IMG/VR virus record: IMGVR_UViG_2660238346_000030
From: a virus
Taxonomy: Duplodnaviria > Heunggongvirae > Uroviricota > Caudoviricetes
Length of the DNA: 34,158 nt
Direction: 5' to 3' (one strand)
Shown here: positions 26,683-34,158 of the stretch, one piece after another
How positions within the stretch are numbered: the first letter of the stretch is position 1
Layout of the letters: each line of letters opens with the position of its first letter
The notes under the pieces: model-generated
Told to the model about the DNA's origin: nothing
What the model saw: only the letters and a program-made list of their open reading frames with translations
Database searches by the model: none
Translations under genes and position numbers: made by a program

Positions 26683-29097
26683 TTAATACAGGTTCCGCCA
26701 CTGATCATCTTCCTGCAAACGCTGGTTCCGATAGAAGATACGCAGGCCTGCTCCTGACGGAATACTGCCGCCGCGAAGGAGCAAATTGACCTCTTTCTCG
26801 CTGCCATCAAATCCTCTGGACTTCAGTTCATAGACGAGCTGCTGACGCTGATACTCTGTAATTCGCTGTTTGTAGTCTTTACGCCGTTTCGGTTTAACCA
26901 GGCGTAATCTTGCTGCCAGTTCCCGGCGCTCTTTTTTGCTCATACTGTGCAGGTAATCGTGCAACTCCTTGTCATCCATGCGGGTGATATCCGTTCTGGT
27001 ATCCCCATCAGCTGATTTGTCTTTCCCTTGTTGGTTCAAATTTTCAGCAAGGGGACAGTTATTGCCACGAGTCCAAGGGGCGCAAGCGCCCTGGTCGGCT
27101 GCCGCCTCCTGAACGTCAACGGCCTTACGAACCATTTTCCACTTCACTGCATGAGTGCAGATCTTACCCTCTGCAATGGGTGACCAGATGCCATAAATAC
27201 GAATGCCGTGATCGCCATAGGCGGTCGGCTCTTCGTTGATTTCATAAGCGGTTCTGATGAGGTGATATTTACGGGGAACCAGTACGCCGCCCTGCTTCAT
27301 GATGTAGGTGGCAAAACAACCAGCATCAGCTGCAGCCAGAATGGCATCAAGGCGCGGGTTATCCAGTACCGGCGCACCTGCTTTTTTGTCACCCTGTTGC
27401 CTTGCCGCCTGACCAGCCAGCAATCGCAGTTCACGGTAAGCCTGACGCCCCGGAATGCCAAAGAAGCGGAATTGCTGAACACGATGCAGAGACGCCCAGG
27501 CATTAACGTATTCAGCGTTATCACGCAGAGATTTACCCGTTTCCTTGCTGATCTCGCCAGCCAGACCACGCCCGTCAATGTTCTTACTGATGTATTTCGC
27601 GATGTAGCTAGTCGGCGTTCCTTTGCGCGGGTTTATCAGCTCAGACTTAAAGCGTGGCCCCGTGTTATTACCCAGCTCCTCGCGGTCTTCACGGATAGCA
27701 AACTTACGCAACAATGCAGTAATGGCGCGGCGGTCTTTTTTGCGCATGAAACACAACAGGTGCCAGTGAACTGTGCCGTCATGATGCGGCTCAGCCACCC
27801 GCACGCCATACCAGCGCAATCCGGCTTTGTGCATCGCCTTACGAAATGCAGCAAACATGCCGACCAGATAATCACTGCTTTGTCTTACCGTCGCATTTGT
27901 CCAGGTCGGGTTGGGCCTGCCGTTATTTAGCGTGGAATGGAAACGTGACGGACAGGTGATGGTGTAGAAAACGGCGCAGTCACCGCGCATTTCCGCGATA
28001 AGCTCCAGACCTTTAACACAGGCCATCATCTCATTGCGGCGATGCGCAGGGTTGCTGCTGCTGGCGTTTACCACATCCTCCATGTCCAGCGTGTCGCCGT
28101 CTTCGTTCACCAGTTCATGAGAACGGAAAAACTCCAGCGACTTACGGCGCTGCTCACGTTTATGCATCACGGCTTCATAGCTGACATAGGGAGATGCTTT
28201 TTTGCTGACCAGGCAAACAGCACGCAACTGCTCTTCCCGCCATTCACAACGCATCTTCCACAATTTCCGATACCACCAGTCGGCGCACAACATACGCGCC
28301 AGCGAACCCGGAATGAGTTCATAGGGTACGGGTTTACGGCGGTTTCTTTTCCGGCGGAGTTGCTCAAACGCAGGCGGTATGACATCCAGTCGCAGGGTTT
28401 CTGCTGCCACCTTTTCCCATGTCTTGCGGATTTCTTCTGGCTTAACATCATCGGTGGCATACAAATCACCACAAGCGGCATCAAGACACATACTCATATG
28501 CGCAGCGACAAGAGTAGACAGGCGTTTCACCTGATCCTGACTCATTTCAGGCAAGATCAGCAGGCCGTCCAGCCCTTCATGGCTTGCCATAAAGCGAAAA
28601 GAAGTGGATAGCTGACTGTCGCGTACATGCTCCAGTCGTTCCAGACATGGCTTAATCGTCTCACGCAAATAGCGGGAATAAGCCTTTGGCCTGCCCAGGC
28701 TGCTGAAGTATTCAATACGTTGCATCAGCGGCTTGCTGATATGGGAAGGCTGGGCGTTAACGTCCGCCAGTATGACCATGTCCGGATTAAAACGCTGCTG
28801 CTCATGCGCCAGCTTTGCCCGGCTAATGAGCTTATCCTGCTCCATTTCGCGCTGGACAGGATCACGGGATGCATTAAAGAAATAACGCTCCCAGACCTGA
28901 TCACTCAGTGCCTCGCGGCGCAGTTGTTCCTGCTCGTTATCGGCAGCGTACAGAGTGATCAGGTTTGAAAGCGCAGAAACCGGCGCAACTTCCGCCGGGT
29001 CCAGATAAGGGTTAATAGCCTTTTTCGGGCTGTTCCATGAGAATGCTGCGGCGGCCTCGTTAAAGCCGCTGCAGTTGTTCATATCAGCATGGCTCAT
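26683..29097 (-). CDS. A: Replication initiation endonuclease gpA (rolling-circle initiator)
   Basis: 804 aa, last and largest gene of the early operon, P2/186 A-like. Confidence 0.88.
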   Translation of the reverse strand: MSHADMNNCSGFNEAAAAFSWNSPKKAINPYLDPAEVAPVSALSNLITLYAADNEQEQLRREALSDQVWERYFFNASRDPVQREMEQDKLISRAKLAHEQQRFNPDMVILADVNAQPSHISKPLMQRIEYFSSLGRPKAYSRYLRETIKPCLERLEHVRDSQLSTSFRFMASHEGLDGLLILPEMSQDQVKRLSTLVAAHMSMCLDAACGDLYATDDVKPEEIRKTWEKVAAETLRLDVIPPAFEQLRRKRNRRKPVPYELIPGSLARMLCADWWYRKLWKMRCEWREEQLRAVCLVSKKASPYVSYEAVMHKREQRRKSLEFFRSHELVNEDGDTLDMEDVVNASSSNPAHRRNEMMACVKGLELIAEMRGDCAVFYTITCPSRFHSTLNNGRPNPTWTNATVRQSSDYLVGMFAAFRKAMHKAGLRWYGVRVAEPHHDGTVHWHLLCFMRKKDRRAITALLRKFAIREDREELGNNTGPRFKSELINPRKGTPTSYIAKYISKNIDGRGLAGEISKETGKSLRDNAEYVNAWASLHRVQQFRFFGIPGRQAYRELRLLAGQAARQQGDKKAGAPVLDNPRLDAILAAADAGCFATYIMKQGGVLVPRKYHLIRTAYEINEEPTAYGDHGIRIYGIWSPIAEGKICTHAVKWKMVRKAVDVQEAAADQGACAPWTRGNNCPLAENLNQQGKDKSADGDTRTDITRMDDKELHDYLHSMSKKERRELAARLRLVKPKRRKDYKQRITEYQRQQLVYELKSRGFDGSEKEVNLLLRGGSIPSGAGLRIFYRNQRLQEDDQWRNLY

Positions 29098-29951
29098 GCA
29101 CGCACTCCATACACGGCAGAACTATCCACGCCACGCGAAGGATCAAATCCCACCCAGCAGCGCGCCCCAGAAACAGCGATGATTTCTGTTGCAGATTTAC
29201 TCTCACCAGCTGCTACGCCGATGCTGCGTTTTGCCTTGATGTAGTGGTGAGTAAAATTGCGATACAGCGAACGGATCAGGGATGTGTCACTGTTAGAAAC
29301 AATGACCGGATGTCCTTCTGATGACCGATGTTCAAGAACGGATGCCAGGTGATACTGGTCATCTTCAGTGAAACCATCAGTGTGATAGCCGGAAAACGTA
29401 CCGTCATACGGCGGATCGCAATACACCACATCCCCCGCCTTCAACATCGCCAGCGTTTCATCAAAGCTGGCGCAGATAAACGTTGCCCGCTGGGCTTTCT
29501 CTGCAAATGCGCGAATTTCTTTTTCAGGGAAATACGGATTTTTATAATTACCGTAGGGAATGTTGAAATACCCGCTCTTGTTATAGCGACATAACCCACG
29601 GTAACCATGACGATTGAGATACAGAAAATATATCGCTTTCATGAAATCAGTAATTTCAGTGGAGTAATTAAACTCCTGCCTTATGTTGTAATAAGCCACC
29701 TCCCTGTTTGCTTCCTCAAATAAAGCTCTGGCACGAGATATAAACGCCTCACAATCAGCAGCAACCTTTTTATAGAGGTTGATTAAATCAGGATTAATAT
29801 CCGCAACAAGATAGCTGGGGTAATCCGTCTCCATCATCACAGCACAGGAACCCGCGAAAGGTTCAACCAGTCGCGGGCCAGCAGGAAGGTGTTTTTTCAG
29901 TTCGGACATAATGGCAGTTTTATTTCCCGCCCATTTCAGGATGGTGCTCAT
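29094..29951 (-). CDS. Dam-family N6-adenine DNA methyltransferase
   Basis: Start at ATG 29951 with GGAGG RBS (ORF track extends to 30011); motifs [19 protein letters not shown]; collinear with E. coli Dam; stop overlaps gene A start. Confidence 0.85.
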   Translation of the reverse strand: MSTILKWAGNKTAIMSELKKHLPAGPRLVEPFAGSCAVMMETDYPSYLVADINPDLINLYKKVAADCEAFISRARALFEEANREVAYYNIRQEFNYSTEITDFMKAIYFLYLNRHGYRGLCRYNKSGYFNIPYGNYKNPYFPEKEIRAFAEKAQRATFICASFDETLAMLKAGDVVYCDPPYDGTFSGYHTDGFTEDDQYHLASVLEHRSSEGHPVIVSNSDTSLIRSLYRNFTHHYIKAKRSIGVAAGESKSATEIIAVSGARCWVGFDPSRGVDSSAVYGVRA

Positions 29952-30175
29952 ACAGCACCTCCGTTGTAATGTTTGCCTTTCAGCTCTGCGATTTCCTGGC
30001 AGGTAATGCAAAGCTGCACTCCAGGAATGGCACGGCGGCGTGCTGGCGGAATTGCTGCTTCACACTCAATGCAAAGCACGCGGGACACGCCCGGCGTTTT
30101 GGCGCGGGCAGCACGGATATGACGCTGGCGTTCTTCTTCAACGCGCTGCTGTACGAGATCCATTGCATCAGCCAT
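29948..30175 (-). CDS. TraR/DksA-type C4 zinc-finger protein (P2 orf82-like)
   Basis: 75 aa with CIEC...17 residues...CITC; stop overlaps the methyltransferase start. Confidence 0.7.
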   Translation of the reverse strand: MADAMDLVQQRVEEERQRHIRAARAKTPGVSRVLCIECEAAIPPARRRAIPGVQLCITCQEIAELKGKHYNGGAV

Positions 30176-30408
30176 CAGTGGATCTCCTGCGCTTCGTTCT
30201 GGATTGCTTCAGCATTCACACGCAGCAGTTCTGCCGCTTCGACGTGGTTTAGCTGGCGGGATGTTATATGACACGCCAGGCTATCAAGGCGAGCTGCCAT
30301 TGCTTCAGCCCTTGCCCGGCGTTCTTCCAGACGAGCTTCTGTCAGTAAAATATTAAGCCCTGCGTCATCCGGTCCGGTTTTAGTCGAGAGGGTTTCAATA
30401 TTACGCAT
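30175..30408 (-). CDS. Hypothetical early-operon protein
   Basis: 77 aa from ATG 30408 with AGGAG RBS (ORF track starts at TTG 30414); coupled to the zinc-finger gene by a TGATG overlap. Confidence 0.5.
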   Translation of the reverse strand: MRNIETLSTKTGPDDAGLNILLTEARLEERRARAEAMAARLDSLACHITSRQLNHVEAAELLRVNAEAIQNEAQEIH

Positions 30409-30475
30409 AATCAATTCTCCTGAATTTAGATAAAGGGATGCCCGGCGGGTTTACGCCATTAATTTCATTAGTTGG

Positions 30476-30817
30476 TTAATTCGGCATGGTTAGCCGTCTG
30501 GGAAATAAGCTCACCACTGCACGAAAATGATTCATTGCTTTAATCAGCTCCCGCTTTTCGTCAGTGGTCAGCTCATTAATGCTGATGCTATGACGTTCAG
30601 CTGGAATTTTTGCCATAAAGAATATGGCAGCCAGTGCCCGTTTATTTTGTTCATTATTGATATCCCGTGGATCACGCATATCTTTAATAAACCGCTCAAG
30701 CTCTGACTCAATATTCAGGCCAAAAACTTTCGCCCTTAACTCCGCAATGTGATTAAGTCCATTCAGGCGTTCACCGGGGCTTAATGGAACAGTTGCTGCA
30801 GCGCCATTAATTGCCAT
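30476..30817 (-). CDS. Hypothetical early-operon protein
   Basis: 113-aa ORF, ATG start, in operon orientation. Confidence 0.5.
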   Translation of the reverse strand: MAINGAAATVPLSPGERLNGLNHIAELRAKVFGLNIESELERFIKDMRDPRDINNEQNKRALAAIFFMAKIPAERHSISINELTTDEKRELIKAMNHFRAVVSLFPRRLTMPN

Positions 30818-30839
30818 ACTTCATATCCCCCAAACGCAG

Positions 30840-31064
30840 CTATCGTTCTTTGTTCTTACGGTAACGCTCAAGAGGAGATACATTTTTTCGTATCGTCTCT
30901 TTAACCTGCTCTCCCCGTAAAAATGTCCCATCCTTTAACGCGAAAAAGTAACTGCCATCGCCCGACAATGACGGATAGCAACAGAGCAAATCATCTTCAG
31001 GTACTGAATAACTCTCCCCTCTGTAACGAAACTGATAAACCACTTCACTTTCTGCCGCATACAT
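30840..31064 (-). CDS. Hypothetical early-operon protein
   Basis: 74-aa ORF, ATG start with GGAG 9 nt upstream. Confidence 0.45.
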   Translation of the reverse strand: MYAAESEVVYQFRYRGESYSVPEDDLLCCYPSLSGDGSYFFALKDGTFLRGEQVKETIRKNVSPLERYRKNKER

Positions 31065-31231
31065 TTGGACTTTCTCCGTTTCCTCGTGGTCAATTTAGAC
31101 AGCAATTCATCTTGTGAATGACATGGATGCCAGCGTTTTCCATCCTCACCCGTGATCCAGCCGTGACCGTAGTGCATTGCCGGGCTTTGTTTTACCAGCA
31201 GCGATGCAAATGATGGTTCTTTCGTCAGCAT
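30935..31231 (-). CDS. Hypothetical early-operon protein overlapping the previous ORF in another frame
   Basis: ATG at 31231 with GAGGTG RBS overlapping the cII stop; C-terminal 130 nt overlap the 74-aa ORF so the true end is uncertain. Confidence 0.3.
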   Translation of the reverse strand: MLTKEPSFASLLVKQSPAMHYGHGWITGEDGKRWHPCHSQDELLSKLTTRKRRKSKCMRQKVKWFISFVTEGRVIQYLKMICSVAIRHCRAMAVTFSR

Positions 31232-31238
31232 AAGCACC

Positions 31239-31748
31239 TCACAGCAAACCGAATGAAGCACCGAGGCCAGTCACGGTATCAACTGCACTCGCCATCGCAG
31301 GGTTAGCCTGTAAACGGGCCTGCAATGAAACAGCAGCCAACGCCATCAGTCGTGTTACAGAGTTAATGCTGCTGATAGCATCACGACGACCTGCACTGGT
31401 TTTTACATCGCCAGATACCGCACCTGCAGCAACACGCCCGATCTCTGCGGTTGCACTCATGACGTAATGTGGCAGTTTCTCTTTTGCCACCTCATTAATT
31501 GGTACGCATGGCAGGCAGTGAATCTGTGCCAGAAAACCATCTACCAACGTTGAATCTTCAGTCAGATCGGTAAGCAGCCAGATTTCTGGTGCGGTTAATA
31601 AATGAGGTTGAGCTGGGTTCAGCTTGTTCCGCAGAATCTGCACATTCATGCCCGCACGTTCTGCCAGTTGCACCAGATTGTGGCGCAGTGCGAATGCACG
31701 ACAGGCTTCATCAAAATGTGGATGTTTGGAAACTTGGTAATCAAACAT
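31239..31748 (-). CDS. cII: 186-type CII transcriptional activator of lysogeny establishment
   Basis: 169 aa from ATG 31748 (ORF track starts at TTG 31757); closely resembles 186 CII as I recall it; second gene of the lytic operon. Confidence 0.78.
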   Translation of the reverse strand: MFDYQVSKHPHFDEACRAFALRHNLVQLAERAGMNVQILRNKLNPAQPHLLTAPEIWLLTDLTEDSTLVDGFLAQIHCLPCVPINEVAKEKLPHYVMSATAEIGRVAAGAVSGDVKTSAGRRDAISSINSVTRLMALAAVSLQARLQANPAMASAVDTVTGLGASFGLL

Positions 31749-31812
31749 GGTTTTCAACTCCGAACTTATCGCAAAATCGAACTCAGCGTCTTATTGCGAA
31801 AATAGACGTCTA

Positions 31813-32016
31813 TTAAGCAGACAAAGCATCAACAGTCAGAGCAGCCAGGTTAATCATTACCTTTTCACGTTTTTTGTCTTTACGAAGACGATGACGAGGT
31901 AGTCGGCCATCAGCCAACATGTCGTTAATCGTATCAATAGAAAGGCCAGTCAGTTCGCTATAACGTTCGATTGTGACATGTGGTGTATTCAGAGTAATTG
32001 AAATGTTAGGTGTCAT
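31813..32016 (-). CDS. Apl/Cox-like excisionase and early-promoter repressor (small HTH protein)
   Basis: 67 aa with HTH ([24 protein letters not shown]); first gene of the early lytic operon, divergent from cI. Confidence 0.65.
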   Translation of the reverse strand: MTPNISITLNTPHVTIERYSELTGLSIDTINDMLADGRLPRHRLRKDKKREKVMINLAALTVDALSA

Positions 32017-32161
32017 AAGGCAACATTCCTTCTAGATATGGCTTGTGGCGAGCCGTTGTTTGTCGTGATTAGTAGTGAAGGCTCCAAAAGAACACTTCTG
32101 GTTCAACTTTAAGATCGCTTTTGGAATCTGTCAACGAATTTTGGATTTCTTTGGAGGACTT

Positions 32162-32731
32162 GTGGATTTCAATAGCGGCGGTAAGAAAGCCATAGAACGT
32201 TTAGTTGAAGCATATGGGTTCGGTACCCGTCAGGCTCTCTGTGATCATTTAGGTGTTTCTAAGAGCACCATGGCAACGCGCTATATGCGTGATATTTTTC
32301 CAGCAGATTGGGTAATCCAGTGCGCCCTTGAAACGGGCACCTCGCTTAATTGGCTAACAACAGGGCATGGTTCAAAGCAAGCATCAGCAAATACAAATAC
32401 TATAGAAGTAGAAAAATATTTATTGTCTGATGGAGCATTGCAGAAAGACGGTTTTTATATTTTTGATAAGGGATTTCTACCCTCTGCGTTTAAAAAACCT
32501 TTTGTCATCACAGATAACAATTCTGAATTTATTTGTGATAAAGAATTTGATGATATACGTGATGGTAAATGGGTAATAAGTATTGATGGCGAAATAACGA
32601 TCCGTGACATTACTCGTTTACCCGGTGGAAGAATCTTCGTCGAGGGTGGAAACAGAGCCTTCGAATGCAAGATAGAAGACATTGAAATAATTGGTAAAAT
32701 TATAAGTTTAACAGTCAAGTATGTTAAATAG
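32162..32731 (+). CDS. cI: 186-type CI immunity repressor
   Basis: N-terminal HTH domain (LGVSKSTMATRYMRDIFPADWVIQCALETGTSLNWLTTGHG) plus C-terminal domain; start set at GTG 32162 preceded by GGAGG (ORF track starts at GTG 32075). Confidence 0.75.
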   Translation: MDFNSGGKKAIERLVEAYGFGTRQALCDHLGVSKSTMATRYMRDIFPADWVIQCALETGTSLNWLTTGHGSKQASANTNTIEVEKYLLSDGALQKDGFYIFDKGFLPSAFKKPFVITDNNSEFICDKEFDDIRDGKWVISIDGEITIRDITRLPGGRIFVEGGNRAFECKIEDIEIIGKIISLTVKYVK

Positions 32732-32746
32732 TACCGGGAGGAAACT

Positions 32747-32938
32747 ATGCTTGGTAAGGTATTTTTTGTGGTTTTGTCATGTTCTTTGTTATTAAACCCA
32801 CTAACTACCTATGCTAGAAATTATCCCTGCTCAGGGAAAAAGGGAGGTGTTTCTCACTGTACCTCAGATGGCAAATTCGTTTGCAATGATGGAACTATTA
32901 GTAAATCCAAAAAAATCTGTACTAAAAACTCACGATAA
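32747..32938 (+). CDS. Small secreted Cys-rich basic peptide, cotranscribed with cI and int (lysogeny-expressed moron candidate)
   Basis: 63 aa; GGGAGG RBS 6 nt upstream; Sec-type signal peptide [23 protein letters not shown] followed by a 40-aa Lys-rich mature part with four Cys. Confidence 0.55.
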   Translation: MLGKVFFVVLSCSLLLNPLTTYARNYPCSGKKGGVSHCTSDGKFVCNDGTISKSKKICTKNSR

Positions 32939-33126
32939 CTTTTGCTTTTATATCTGCGTCTAAAATAAAAATGAGCCGCAGGTTAACCGCAAAAGTTACA
33001 TGCTCACATAGCAAAAAGAATAGCCAACTTCATTATGGCTTCAGTGAGATGTATGGTCGTAGGATTTCATACATTGACACTGGTTATACATACAGTAAAA
33101 ATGCTCTCTACTGGAGGGCATTTTTT

Positions 33127-34158
33127 ATGGCAGTACGAAAACTCACCACAGGGAAATGGCTTTGCGAATGTTACCCCGCCGGACGTAGTGGGCGTCGTGT
33201 GCGTAAACAATTCGCCACCAAAGGCGAAGCTCTGGCTTTTGAGCGCCACACGATGGAAGAAACCGAAGCAAAGCCCTGGCTGGGTGAATCAGTGGATCGT
33301 CGAACACTGAAAGACGTAGTTGAGCTATGGTTCAAACTACATGGTAAATCTCTAACCGCTGGGCAGCATGTCTATGACAAATTGCTGTTGATGGTTGACG
33401 CTCTGGGCAATCCCCTTGCAACCGATCTCACATCTAAAATGTTTGCCCACTATCGAGATAAACGCCTGACGGGTGAGATCTACTTCAGCGAGAAATGGAA
33501 AAAAGGAGCAAGCCCAGTCACTATTAACCTGGAGCAAAGCTATCTTAGTAGTGTTTTTAGCGAACTATCCCGCCTGGGCGAATGGTCGTATCCGAACCCA
33601 CTGGAGAACATGCGAAAATTCACCATCGCAGAAAAAGAGATGGCATGGCTTACCCATGAACAGATTGTTGAATTGCTGGCTGATTGTAAACGTCAGGACC
33701 CAATTCTGGCACTGGTAGTTAAGATATGCTTAAGCACTGGCGCACGCTGGCGTGAAGCCGTAAATCTTACCCGCTCACAGGTGACCAAATACCGAATTAC
33801 CTTTGTAAGAACGAAGGGGAAGAAAAACAGAAGCATCCCTATCAGTAAAGAGCTTTACGAAGAGATCATGGCGCTTGATGGGTTCAATTTCTTCACAGAC
33901 TGCTATTTTCAATTTTTATCCGTGATGGAAAAAACGTCTATCGTGCTCCCTCGCGGTCAACTGACACACGTTCTGCGCCATACGTTTGCGGCGCATTTTA
34001 TGATGTCGGGTGGAAATATCCTTGCTTTGCAAAAAATCCTCGGACATCACGACATAAAAATGACTATGCGTTACGCACATCTGGCACCGGATCACCTGGA
34101 AACTGCATTACGGTTTAATCCGCTGGCAACACTACCAACATCAATAGCAAGTTTTTGA
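33127..34158 (+). CDS. int: Tyrosine integrase (P2/186 Int family)
   Basis: Start at ATG 33127 with GGAGGG RBS (ORF track extends to 32971); C-terminal catalytic motifs (TGARWREA, HVLRHTFA, MRYAHL with catalytic Tyr); stop codon is the last 3 nt of the window. Confidence 0.9.
   Translation: MAVRKLTTGKWLCECYPAGRSGRRVRKQFATKGEALAFERHTMEETEAKPWLGESVDRRTLKDVVELWFKLHGKSLTAGQHVYDKLLLMVDALGNPLATDLTSKMFAHYRDKRLTGEIYFSEKWKKGASPVTINLEQSYLSSVFSELSRLGEWSYPNPLENMRKFTIAEKEMAWLTHEQIVELLADCKRQDPILALVVKICLSTGARWREAVNLTRSQVTKYRITFVRTKGKKNRSIPISKELYEEIMALDGFNFFTDCYFQFLSVMEKTSIVLPRGQLTHVLRHTFAAHFMMSGGNILALQKILGHHDIKMTMRYAHLAPDHLETALRFNPLATLPTSIASF

Larger units (their letters stand above)
2779..34158. mobile_element. 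P2/186-like myovirus prophage, near complete; left junction (attR) between about 2779 and 2856, right end truncated by the window just after int
   Basis: Contiguous collinear set of P2-family genes bounded by ogr-like gene on the left and tyrosine integrase on the right; host genes only to the left. Confidence 0.9.

Noticed and set aside
32971-33126. N-terminal 52-codon extension of the integrase ORF
   Set aside because: Extension has no RBS and no similarity to integrase N-termini; ATG 33127 has a GGAGGG RBS and gives a product starting like P2-family integrases.
1-34158. CRISPR arrays, rRNA or tRNA genes
   Set aside because: No regularly spaced direct repeats and no tRNA- or rRNA-like sequence recognised by eye; the prophage junction in the window is not next to a tRNA gene.

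Overview
The window holds about 2.6 kb of E. coli-type chromosome (grxA, ybjM, ybjL) followed by an almost complete P2/186-family myovirus prophage of about 31.4 kb (roughly 2780 to the window end at 34158). The prophage is in inverted orientation relative to the usual P2 map: ogr-like late activator at the left end, then tail genes D-U-T-E/E'-FII-FI, a serine-invertase-controlled invertible tail-fibre segment, baseplate genes H-I-J-W-V, S-R, the lysis cassette, capsid genes L-M-N-O, the divergent packaging operon P-(extra ORF)-Q, a putative cos region, a LexA-boxed antirepressor/DinI-like operon, and an early lytic operon with replication protein A, a Dam-family methyltransferase and small ORFs. 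The immunity region is 186-like (CII, Apl, CI) rather than P2-like, followed by a small secreted peptide gene and the integrase, whose stop is the last base of the window, so attL lies outside. The most unusual element is a 241-aa ORF wedged between terminase P and portal Q, a truncated paralog of the terminase ATPase core with the putative Walker-B aspartate replaced by serine. Other points of interest are the Gin/Hin-type tail-fibre switch occupying the P2 Z/fun slot, the SOS-controlled module occupying the old/tin slot, the phage Dam coupled to gene A, and the secreted Cys-rich peptide in the lysogenic operon. All homology calls are from reading the translations and from memory of the protein families; no database search was run.
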